From: Acidimicrobiia bacterium
Lineage (GTDB): Bacteria > Actinomycetota > Acidimicrobiia > IMCC26256 > JACDBD01
Direction: 5' to 3'
Length of the DNA: 61,894 nucleotides
NCBI GenBank assembly: GCA_035938395.1
Contig: DASZGY010000019.1
Location: 1 to 61,894 of the forward strand
The notes beneath the pieces are model-generated. The model ran no database searches. It saw nothing but the letters and a program-made list of their open reading frames with translations, and was not told the origin of the DNA. Below, one piece after another: positions 53,824-61,894 of this stretch. Position 1 is the stretch's first letter. The number at the start of each line of letters is the position of its first letter. The position numbers and the translations under genes were made by a program.

Positions 53824-55668
53824 CTACCAGCTGCCGCCGCCCCCGCCACCGGCGCCACCGCCTGAGAACCCACCGCCGGAGAAGCCGCTCGAGCCCGACG
53901 TCGACGGGGGCGTCGACGTGAGCGTCCCCGACGTCGACACGGTGAAGCCGTCGATCGCGCTCGAGAACGCGAGGAACGTGAACGGCGTCGACGCGATGTA
54001 CCACGACGAGGTGTCCGGCGGCTGGTCGTCGAGACCGGCGAACGCCGCCGCCCACTTGCCGGTCGCGCCGAACACGATCGCGTAGGGGAGATACTCGGAG
54101 AACAGGTTCTTCCGCTCGGCGAACCGGGCGCGCTCCTTCTCCGACTCGTTGATGAATCTCCGGAATCCCTCGGTGTGCCGGAGGACGGCGGTGCCCTTGG
54201 CCGTGCGCTGGGGGCTCCAGTACGCCCCGAAAGTGAACAGGATTCCCGCCACGAGCAGCGGGATGCCGAGCAGAGCCGCGTGCGTGAACAGGATCAGCAA
54301 GGTCAGCAGGCCCGCGCCCGCCAGCAGCACGAGGACGCCGAGGCAGCCCCACTGCGCCCGCGAGCGCGACGGCGGTCGAACGAACCACCCGTGGTCGATC
54401 GCGTCCTGGAGGAGCGCCCCTTGCACCTCTTGCATCTTCGTGTGGAAGGTGTAGCGGAGGTCGGAGAGCTGCACCTCGTTCCCGTCCTCGAACAACCCAT
54501 TGAGGAGCTTCTGCTCGTAGTCCTTGAGCTCGGCGTCGGGCTCCTTCTTCTTGGTCAGCTTCCAGTCCGGCTTGTGCAGAAAACCTCCCTCGCCCGGGAT
54601 CTCCTCGATCACGAGGTAGCCGCGCACGGCGAGGTCGACGATGGTCGCGGTCACGTCGAGGGGGTTGGCCGTGAAGTCGACGAGCGTCCCGAGCTGGCCC
54701 GGCCGCAGATTGTCCGGCGGCACGAACTCGACCGGCGTCTCCTCGTGATGGAAGACGGGAACGATCTCGTCCGCGCCGCTGTCGCTGCCGTACGCCTGGT
54801 CGACGGCGGAGCCGCGGTAGCGCCGGTCGCGCCCGAACCGGTACATGAAGAACGCGAACACGAGGATCACGACGAGCAAGAGGGCGCCGCCGACCCCGGC
54901 GGTCACCGGCGTGATCGAGAACGCCGTTCCGAGGTTGAAGCGTTCCTCGAGGATCGGCTTCGGCGGCGGGACCGCACCCTTTGGTAGGCCCACCACGACG
55001 GTCAAGGCGGCCGCCGGCGGGATGTCGCTCTGGGTGAACGTCGCCGTCGCGCCGCTGCTGGTCGCGCTCGCGCACGGGAGCGTCGATCGGAGCGGACCGC
55101 TGAAGCAGGCGACCTGCGTGATGTCGGCCGGCGCATCGACCGTGACGGTGGCCCGCTGGATCGGGACCGTCCATCCGGGACCGATCGCGTTGAGATTCAG
55201 TTCGTCGTGGTCCGGAAACCCGTTCAGCACGCCGCGCAGCGTGTACGTGATGTCGTAGGAGTGTGGACCACTGATCGTGCGGTTCGGATCGCCGATCTTG
55301 ATCCGTTTCAGTCCGACGCCGTCGACGTCGCCGCTCTCGATCGTGTATTGCGACGGCGTCCCTTCGGATGCGCGGACGGATTCGACGGTGAGCGGGTAGA
55401 CGCGGTCGTGATTCGACTTGGGCGGGTAGTCGAACCGGACGGGGATATCCCGAAAGATCCCGTGCTTCGGGATGACGCCGAAGTCGTAGTCGATCACCTC
55501 GTGGACCCGGACCAGCCCCGTCGATTCGACATGCACGTCGACGGCGTAGTTCCGGATCTGCTCCGGCCCGAATTGCGCGCGGCTCTCGGACGCGGCGGGA
55601 GCGGAGAGCGCGAGGACGCCGACGACCGAGACCAAACCCCCGAGAAGAGCAACCCGCCCTAGGCGCAC
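53824..55668 (-). CDS. DUF2207 family membrane protein
   Basis: Signal peptide, VHEVIDYDF...HGIFRDIP, ATIVDLAVRGYL, YLPYAIVFG, C-terminal GGGFSGGGAGGGGGGSW. Confidence 0.88.
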   Translation of the reverse strand: MRLGRVALLGGLVSVVGVLALSAPAASESRAQFGPEQIRNYAVDVHVESTGLVRVHEVIDYDFGVIPKHGIFRDIPVRFDYPPKSNHDRVYPLTVESVRASEGTPSQYTIESGDVDGVGLKRIKIGDPNRTISGPHSYDITYTLRGVLNGFPDHDELNLNAIGPGWTVPIQRATVTVDAPADITQVACFSGPLRSTLPCASATSSGATATFTQSDIPPAAALTVVVGLPKGAVPPPKPILEERFNLGTAFSITPVTAGVGGALLLVVILVFAFFMYRFGRDRRYRGSAVDQAYGSDSGADEIVPVFHHEETPVEFVPPDNLRPGQLGTLVDFTANPLDVTATIVDLAVRGYLVIEEIPGEGGFLHKPDWKLTKKKEPDAELKDYEQKLLNGLFEDGNEVQLSDLRYTFHTKMQEVQGALLQDAIDHGWFVRPPSRSRAQWGCLGVLVLLAGAGLLTLLILFTHAALLGIPLLVAGILFTFGAYWSPQRTAKGTAVLRHTEGFRRFINESEKERARFAERKNLFSEYLPYAIVFGATGKWAAAFAGLDDQPPDTSSWYIASTPFTFLAFSSAIDGFTVSTSGTLTSTPPSTSGSSGFSGGGFSGGGAGGGGGGSW

Positions 55669-55721
55669 GGCGGGAATCTAACCGCAGGCCCGCGCAGTGT
55701 GTCGGGCTACCGTTCCGCGCC

Positions 55722-56717
55722 GTGCCCTCCCACGTGGACGAGCAGACGCTCGCGGCCGCGGTCGGCCGCCATCTCGGGCAGCCGGTCACGATCGAGGATC
55801 TGCGCCGGCTGTCGGGCGGCGCATCGCGCGAGACGTGGTCGTTCGACGCCGTCGGCGCCGGCGCCGCCCGTCATGCTCTGGTGCTTCGCCGCGATCCCGG
55901 GCCCTCGGTCGGTCTGTCGGACCGGTCGGTCGAGTTCGCGTTGCTGGACGCCGCGCACGAGGGCGGTGTCACCACGCCGCGGGTCTGGTTCCTGCTCGAG
56001 GCGGACGACGGGTTGGGTTCGGGGTTCGTGATGGAGCGAGTCGAGGGGGAGACGATCCCCCGCCGCATCCTGCGGGACGACGCGTACGCGTCTGCCCGCC
56101 CGATGCTCGCCCGGCAGTGCGGCGAGCAAGCGGCGCGCATCCACGCCCTCGACCCGGCGCGCCTGCCGGCGCTCCCGGCGCAGGGCGCGCGCGACCAGAT
56201 CGCCCTGTACCGCGGGTACCTCGACGGCTTCGGCGAGCCGCACCCCGCGTTCGAGCTCGGTCTGCGCTGGCTCGCCGAGCACGCGCCGCCCGACCCGCCT
56301 CGGCCGGCGCTCGTACACGGCGACTTCCGCAACGGCAACCTCGTCGTCGGTCCGGATGGCATCCGAGCCGTGCTCGACTGGGAGCTCGCGCACCTCGGCG
56401 ACCCGGTCGAGGACCTCGGCTGGCTGTGCGTCAAGTCGTGGCGCTTCGGCGTGACCGACCAGCGCGTGGGTGGGTTCGGAACCGTGGACGACCTGCTCAC
56501 GGCGTACCGGGCCGCCGGCGGTCGGGACGTCGACCCGGCCGAGCTCCGCTACTGGGAGGCGATGGGCACGCTGAAGTGGGGGGTGATCTGCGAGATCCAG
56601 GCGTTCACCCACCTCCAGGGCACGGTCCGCTCGGTGGAGCTGGCGACGCTCGGCCGGCGGGTCGCCGAGATGGAGTGGGATCTCCTCGAGGTCATCGACC
56701 GCTTCGGCGACAAGTAG
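55722..56717 (+). CDS. APH-family phosphotransferase (ACAD10/11-kinase-like)
   Basis: LSGGASRETW, VHGDFRNGN, LDWELAHLGDPVEDLGW. Confidence 0.9.
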   Translation: MPSHVDEQTLAAAVGRHLGQPVTIEDLRRLSGGASRETWSFDAVGAGAARHALVLRRDPGPSVGLSDRSVEFALLDAAHEGGVTTPRVWFLLEADDGLGSGFVMERVEGETIPRRILRDDAYASARPMLARQCGEQAARIHALDPARLPALPAQGARDQIALYRGYLDGFGEPHPAFELGLRWLAEHAPPDPPRPALVHGDFRNGNLVVGPDGIRAVLDWELAHLGDPVEDLGWLCVKSWRFGVTDQRVGGFGTVDDLLTAYRAAGGRDVDPAELRYWEAMGTLKWGVICEIQAFTHLQGTVRSVELATLGRRVAEMEWDLLEVIDRFGDK

Positions 56718-56730
56718 GAAAGGAGGCGTC

Positions 56731-57093
56731 ATGCAGGATCGACCGACGGCCGTCGAGCTCCTCGAGGCGGTCCGCGAGTTCCTCGGGGAGGACGTGATGC
56801 CTGCGGTCGAGGGCCGCGTGCGGTTCCACACCCGCGTCGCGGTCAACGCGCTTGGGATGCTCGAACGAGAGCTCCGCCTCGGCCCCGAGCTCGACGCCGC
56901 CGAGCGGGCTCGGCTGGGTGCGCTCCTGGGCCACGATGCCGACCTCGCCGCGCTGACGGCGGAGCTGGCGGGCCGCATCCGGGACGGGGCGCTCGACGAC
57001 CGGCGCGACGACGTGGTCGCCGTCGTCCGGGAATCGGTTCGGGCGAAGCTCCTGGTCTCGAACCCGGACTACGTCGGGGACCACGTCGGGTAG
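56731..57093 (+). CDS. DUF6285-like partner of the phosphotransferase
   Basis: MQDRPTAVELLEAVREFL, FHTRVAVNAL, KLLVSNPDY; AGGAGG RBS. Confidence 0.75.
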   Translation: MQDRPTAVELLEAVREFLGEDVMPAVEGRVRFHTRVAVNALGMLERELRLGPELDAAERARLGALLGHDADLAALTAELAGRIRDGALDDRRDDVVAVVRESVRAKLLVSNPDYVGDHVG

Positions 57094-57106
57094 GTTCCAA
57101 AACGCT

Positions 57107-57898
57107 GTGCGCTTCGCCACCTGGAACGTCAACTCGCTGAAAGCCCGTCTCCCCCGCGTCGAGGAGTGGCTCCAGTACGCGCATCCCGACGTCTTGTGCC
57201 TCCAGGAGACCAAGCTCGCCGACGACTCGTTCCCGCAGCTGACCTTCCAGTCGCTCGGGTACGACTCCGTGCACCACGGGCCCGGGCAATGGAACGGTGT
57301 GGCGATCCTGTCTCGCGCCGGCGTCGAGGACGTCACCTCCGGGTTCGACGGCACCGAGCTCGTCGATCCGTACGAGGGAGACGCCCGGCTCCTCTCCGCC
57401 ATGTGCGGCGGCGTGCGCGTGATCTGCGTGTACGTGCCCAACGGCCGCCAGGTCGGCACCGACTTCTACGACCGCAAGCTGGTGTGGCTCGAGAGCCTCC
57501 ACGACTGGATCGCCAGCACGTACAAGCCGAGCGATCCGATCATCATGATGGGGGACTTCAACGTCGCGCCCGAGGACCGTGACGTGTGGTCGCCGAAGGC
57601 TTTCATCGGCGACACGCACGTCACCGAGCCCGAACGCGCCGCGGTCGCGCGGCTGCGCGACTGGGGGTTCGTCGACGCGTTCCGAGCCCTGTACCCACAG
57701 GACAAGTTGTTCACGTACTGGGACTACCGCCGGGGCGACTTCCACGAGCATCGCGGCATGCGCATCGATCTCGCCTACGTCACCGAGCCGCTGGTCGATC
57801 GCATCCGGTGGGCTCTCGTCGACCGGTTCGCCCGCAAGGGCAAGCTGCCGTCCGACCACGCCCCGATGCTCGTCGACATCGACGTCGACGCCGCGTAA
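57107..57898 (+). CDS. xth: Exodeoxyribonuclease III
   Basis: ATWNVNS, LQETK, YVPNG, GDFNVAP, RIDL, SDHAP. Confidence 0.96.
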   Translation: MRFATWNVNSLKARLPRVEEWLQYAHPDVLCLQETKLADDSFPQLTFQSLGYDSVHHGPGQWNGVAILSRAGVEDVTSGFDGTELVDPYEGDARLLSAMCGGVRVICVYVPNGRQVGTDFYDRKLVWLESLHDWIASTYKPSDPIIMMGDFNVAPEDRDVWSPKAFIGDTHVTEPERAAVARLRDWGFVDAFRALYPQDKLFTYWDYRRGDFHEHRGMRIDLAYVTEPLVDRIRWALVDRFARKGKLPSDHAPMLVDIDVDAA

Positions 57899-57938
57899 GC
57901 CCGTCGCCACGAGGGCTTCGCGGGCGTACCGTGGCCGT

Positions 57939-58514
57939 ATGGCCATGTACAACGACGGGTCGCGTGAGATCCAGGACCGCTTCGACACTCGGCGGATCGC
58001 CGACCGCCTCGAGCAGATCACCGTCCACGACACGTTCAGCGACGACGACCGCGCGTTCATCGAACGCGTCCCGATGTTCTTCCTTGCCACTGCCGACGCC
58101 GACGGCTGGCCGGACTGCTCGTACAAGGGCGGGCTGCCCGGCTTCGTCCGAGTGGTCGACGAGAACACGCTCGCTTTCCCGAGCTACGACGGCAACGGCA
58201 TGTTCCGCAGTCTCGGGAACGTGCTCATGAACCCGAAGGTCGGCATGCTGTTCGTCGACTTCGAACATCCGAATCGCATGCGCATCAACGGCGTCGCCTC
58301 GCTGCACGATGACGACGAGCTCCTGAGCTCGTTCGAGGGCGCGCAACTCATCGTGCGCGTGCGCGCCGAGCGGATCTTCCCGAACTGTCCCCGCTACATC
58401 CACAAGATGCAGGTGGTCGAGCACTCCGTGTACTCCCCTCGCCCCGGTCACGTGCCACCAGTCCCGGAGTGGAAGCAGATGGACGTCTTCCGGGACTACC
58501 TCCCGGAGGGTTAG
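57939..58514 (+). CDS. Pyridoxamine 5'-phosphate oxidase-like flavin-binding protein
   Basis: FFLATAD, CSYKGG.PGFV, YDGNGMFRSLGN, NCPRYIH. Confidence 0.88.
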   Translation: MAMYNDGSREIQDRFDTRRIADRLEQITVHDTFSDDDRAFIERVPMFFLATADADGWPDCSYKGGLPGFVRVVDENTLAFPSYDGNGMFRSLGNVLMNPKVGMLFVDFEHPNRMRINGVASLHDDDELLSSFEGAQLIVRVRAERIFPNCPRYIHKMQVVEHSVYSPRPGHVPPVPEWKQMDVFRDYLPEG

Positions 58515-58551
58515 GCGCGCGACCCGGCGACGTGGCAACGCGGCAAATCGC

Positions 58552-59637
58552 CTATCCGGCGACGGGCGCGCCGTCGACGAAGGTCAACCTCACCACGAAG
58601 AGATTGCGCGCGCCCTGGGGGTAGCCGACCTTGCCGCGCACCCAGGCGTGCAGAGTCATCCAGGGCTGGCCGTTCGCGTCGACGAACACGTCCTCGCCAC
58701 CAGGTCCCTCGGCTCTGCTGGTCGAGGCGAGCCACGGTCCGCCCGCCGGCTTCGTGCACGGCCCCGTCGGTGAATCGCACACCGCGTATCCGATGGCGTA
58801 CCCGGCCGTCGACCAGTTGTTCCCCGAGTAGAAGAGGTAGTAACGGCCGGCGTAGCCGACCATGCTCGGCGCCTCGACGACGCCGGACTCCCACGCCTGG
58901 TCGGCTTGCACGAGCGGCCGCTGGTCGCCCACGAGGGAGAGGCCGTCGGGCGCGAGCTCCTGGGCGACGATGCCTGCGGTGGCGTCGCTCTTCCACAGCA
59001 GGTACGCGCGGCCGTCAGCGGTGACAAAGGGGCTCGGATCGATCGCTCCTCCGTCGGGCGGACAGACGAGCGGACCGCTCGAGTCGTCGACGAACGGGCC
59101 CCCGGGTTCCTTCGAGACCGCACGCGACAGACACTCGCGGTCCGGATCGTGCGCCCGCGTCGTGTAATAGAGGACGAACCCGCCCGGCCGTGGGAGCACG
59201 GCCGGGCCCCAGACGCCGCCGGGCGACGACCAGGCGGGAAGCTTCGGCAGCGCGTCGGCCGTGTGTGCGTTGCCGAACAGCCCGCTCGAGGTGAGGACCG
59301 GGATGTGATCGTCCTGGTTGTTGGTCGCGTACGCGTAATAAGTGTTCCCCGCTCGAAGGACGAACGGGTCGGCGAAGTCGTGGCAGTAGACGGCCGAGCC
59401 CTGAGGTCGGAGCGCCGCGCGCACCTTCCCCGCGAGGCCCCCCGTGCCTCCGATCGGAGGTCGCCCGGCAGGTTCACTCGCCGGGCCGGACGCTCCGGCC
59501 CGGAACACGATGCCGGAGCACGGGGCGTCCTCGAACAGCGGCACGACGACGGCGAGGGCGAGCCACACCAGGAGCCAGAGCGCGGCCACCAGCGCGAGGG
59601 CAATCCCGACGGTCGTGCGCGACCTCCGCTCCATCAT
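58552..59637 (-). CDS. Membrane-anchored glycoside hydrolase family 43
   Basis: N-terminal TM; DFADP, WGP, IDPSPF, VEAP catalytic-motif series. Confidence 0.88.
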   Translation of the reverse strand: MMERRSRTTVGIALALVAALWLLVWLALAVVVPLFEDAPCSGIVFRAGASGPASEPAGRPPIGGTGGLAGKVRAALRPQGSAVYCHDFADPFVLRAGNTYYAYATNNQDDHIPVLTSSGLFGNAHTADALPKLPAWSSPGGVWGPAVLPRPGGFVLYYTTRAHDPDRECLSRAVSKEPGGPFVDDSSGPLVCPPDGGAIDPSPFVTADGRAYLLWKSDATAGIVAQELAPDGLSLVGDQRPLVQADQAWESGVVEAPSMVGYAGRYYLFYSGNNWSTAGYAIGYAVCDSPTGPCTKPAGGPWLASTSRAEGPGGEDVFVDANGQPWMTLHAWVRGKVGYPQGARNLFVVRLTFVDGAPVAG

Positions 59638-59743
59638 CTCGTTCGACCCGCTCCGAAGATCAGAGGTCGCGTGTCCCGCCCCGGCCTGTGACCGACGTCA
59701 TCTGGCCCTGTCCGGGGGCGCAGGCCCATGATGAACCGGCTTA

Positions 59744-59760
59744 ACTTATCGGTGATAACT
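59744..59760. promoter_or_regulatory. AT-rich inverted repeat upstream of the MMPL gene (possible TetR-type operator)
   Basis: TTATC-GGT-GATAA overlapping TAACTT, 13 bp before the ATG. Confidence 0.5.
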
Positions 59761-59771
59761 CACCCTCGGGG

Positions 59772-61894
59772 ATGCTCGTGCTCGCTCGCCTCGGTCGATT
59801 CACGGTCGCCCATCGCAAGTCCGTGCTCGCCGGCACGGCGCTGTTCTTCGTCCTCGCGGTCACGCTCGGCGGCGGCGTCGCCTCCCATCTGACGAGCGGA
59901 GGCTTCACCGACCCGGACTCCGAATCGAGCCGCGCCGACGACGCGATCAAGCACAACTTCGGCAAGCAGGAGCCCGATCTCGTGCTGCTCGTGACGGCGA
60001 AGCGCGGCACTGTCGACGATGCCGAGGTGGGCAGCGCGGCGAACGCCTTGACGTCCGAGCTGTCGGGCGAGCCGCAGGTCGCGCGGGCGGTCTCGTACTG
60101 GAGCGTCGGGAGCCCGCCGCCGTTGCGCAGCACCGACGGCCGTCAGGCGCTCGTGCTGGCGTCATTGCACGGCGGTGAAGACAAGATGCACGACGCCGCC
60201 GAGAAGCTGTCGCCCCGCTACTCCGGTGACCACGGCGCGGTCACGGTACGCGTCGGCGGGTTCGCCGAAGTCTTCCGGCAGGTCAATCAGCAGGTCCAGT
60301 CGGATCTGCTGCGGGCCGAGCTCATCGCGTTCCCCATCACGCTCGCGTTGATGGTGCTCGTGTTCGGAAGTGTCGTGGCAGCCGGTCTTCCCCTACTCGT
60401 CGGCCTGCTCGCGATCGTCGGGACGTTCCTGGTCCTGCTCGTCATCGCCGCGCTCACGGACGTGTCGATCTTCGCCCTCAACCTCACCACCGGCATGGGT
60501 CTCGGGCTGGCGATCGACTACAGCCTGTTCATCGTGTCGCGCTACCGGGAGGAGCTCCACGCCGGGCGCGCGCCGAACGACGCGGTGGTCCGCACGGTCC
60601 AGACCGCAGGAAAGACGGTCGCGTTCAGCGCGCTCACCGTGGCGGTCGCGCTCGCGGCGCTGCTCGTCTTTCCGCTCGCGTTCCTGCGGTCGTTCGCGTA
60701 CGCCGGGATCGGCGTGGCGCTGCTCGCCGGCATCGCCGCGGTCGTCGCCCTCCCGGCGCTCCTCGCCGTGCTCGGCCCGAGGGTCAACTCGCTGCGATTG
60801 CTGCGGCGGGACCCGAAGCCCGTCGGTGAGGGCGTCTGGCACCGGATCGCGATGTTCGTGATGCGTCGTCCCGTGCCGGTCGCCCTGGCCGTCGTCGCCC
60901 TGCTCGTCGTGCTCGGGCTGCCGTTCCTGCGGATCCAGTTCGGCCTTCCCGACGACCGCGTATTGCCGTCAAGCGTCTCCAGCCGCCAGGTCCAGGACGA
61001 CATCCGGTCGCGCTTCGCGTCCAACGAGGCCCGCACGCTCGCGGTGGTCGCGCGCGGCATCGGCGACCCGGCCGGCCGCAGTGACCAGATCGATCGCTAC
61101 GCAGCCGCGTTGTCGCAACGGCGCGGTGCCGCCCGAGTCGACGCCGTCACGGGCAGCTACATCAACGGGCAGCAAGTTGCCGGGCCGGGACCGGTGACGG
61201 CGCGCTTCCAAGCCCGCGACGCCACCTGGCTGTCTGTCGTCCCGTCGGTCGAGCCGTACTCGGATGCGGGCGAGCGGCTCGCCCACGCCGTTCGCGACAC
61301 GCCCGCGCCGTTCCCCGTGCTCGTCGGCGGGGCTTCGGCCGAGCTCGTCGACTCCAAGGCGTCGCTGTTCTCGCGATTGCCGCTCGCCGCGGGGTTGATC
61401 GCGCTGGCGACGTTCGTGCTGCTGTTCCTCATGTTCGGGAGCATCCTGGTTCCGATCAAGGCGCTCGTCCTCAACGTCCTCAGCCTCAGCGCGACGTTCG
61501 GGGCGCTGGTGTGGATCTTCCAGGACGGCCACCTGTCGGGGTTCCTCGACTTCACACCCACCGGCACGCTGCCGGCGACGGTCCCACTCCTGCTCTTCTG
61601 TCTCGCGTTCGGCCTCTCGATGGACTACGAGGTGTTCCTGCTCTCACGCATCAAGGAGGAACACGACCGCACCGGCGACAACACGCGATCGGTCGCCGTC
61701 GGCCTCGAACGGACGGGTCCGATCGTCACGGCCGCGGCCGTGCTCATCAGCGTCGTGTTCATCGCGTTCGCGACGTCGGGCGTGTCCTTCATCAAGATCT
61801 TCGGCTTGGGACTGACGATCGCCGTGCTCATGGACGCGTTCGTGATCCGGGCGACGTTGGTGCCGGCGTTCATGCGCATCGCCGGCGAGGCGAA
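59772..61894 (+). CDS. MMPL/RND family transporter (runs off the window end; absent from the ORF track)
   Basis: Manual translation MLVLARLGRF...GGFTDPDSES...GLAIDYSLFIVSRYREE...FGLSMDYEVFLLSRIKEE...DAFVIRATLVPA. Confidence 0.93.
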   Translation, partial: MLVLARLGRFTVAHRKSVLAGTALFFVLAVTLGGGVASHLTSGGFTDPDSESSRADDAIKHNFGKQEPDLVLLVTAKRGTVDDAEVGSAANALTSELSGEPQVARAVSYWSVGSPPPLRSTDGRQALVLASLHGGEDKMHDAAEKLSPRYSGDHGAVTVRVGGFAEVFRQVNQQVQSDLLRAELIAFPITLALMVLVFGSVVAAGLPLLVGLLAIVGTFLVLLVIAALTDVSIFALNLTTGMGLGLAIDYSLFIVSRYREELHAGRAPNDAVVRTVQTAGKTVAFSALTVAVALAALLVFPLAFLRSFAYAGIGVALLAGIAAVVALPALLAVLGPRVNSLRLLRRDPKPVGEGVWHRIAMFVMRRPVPVALAVVALLVVLGLPFLRIQFGLPDDRVLPSSVSSRQVQDDIRSRFASNEARTLAVVARGIGDPAGRSDQIDRYAAALSQRRGAARVDAVTGSYINGQQVAGPGPVTARFQARDATWLSVVPSVEPYSDAGERLAHAVRDTPAPFPVLVGGASAELVDSKASLFSRLPLAAGLIALATFVLLFLMFGSILVPIKALVLNVLSLSATFGALVWIFQDGHLSGFLDFTPTGTLPATVPLLLFCLAFGLSMDYEVFLLSRIKEEHDRTGDNTRSVAVGLERTGPIVTAAAVLISVVFIAFATSGVSFIKIFGLGLTIAVLMDAFVIRATLVPAFMRIAGEA

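Noticed and set aside
53228-55789. 853-aa ORF ending in CBS domains
   Set aside because: The upstream part is an alternative frame of the DUF2207 gene; only 53228-53737 looks coding.

Overview
This is a high-GC actinobacterial chromosomal window; gene content and order suggest Acidimicrobiia, which is an inference. The left ~13 kb is a conserved housekeeping block on the minus strand (smc, acyP, mutM, rnc, acpP, plsX, rpmF, yceD, sepIVA-like, coaD, rsmD, recG, DAK2/fakA) facing rpmB. It is followed by pckG, ddl, fadD, mhuD, a PAC2 chaperone, an LLM-LLM-galK-GH2 operon, uvrD2, gltB, purK, coaA, an ECF sigma unit, lipid/lactone metabolism genes, xth, a GH43 and a partial MMPL transporter. I saw no tRNA, rRNA, CRISPR array, integrase or transposase. 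Five signals are not explained by these genes. (1) Two structured, terminator-bounded ncRNA candidates at ~21066-21247 and ~30828-31056; the second has a near-consensus TTGACG-N17-TATGTT promoter. (2) A stand-alone sigma region-4-like protein with its own promoter behind uvrD2. (3) A secreted 681-aa protein with ~25 tandem 21-aa Ala/Asn/Ser repeats and Cys-paired caps (a beta-solenoid or curli-like candidate) behind an elaborately structured promoter. (4) An ECF sigma coupled to a PhyH dioxygenase carrying a putative anti-sigma N-terminal helix. (5) Pervasive leaderless promoter architecture and a short-armed SMC. Functional calls come from motif recognition only; no searches were run.
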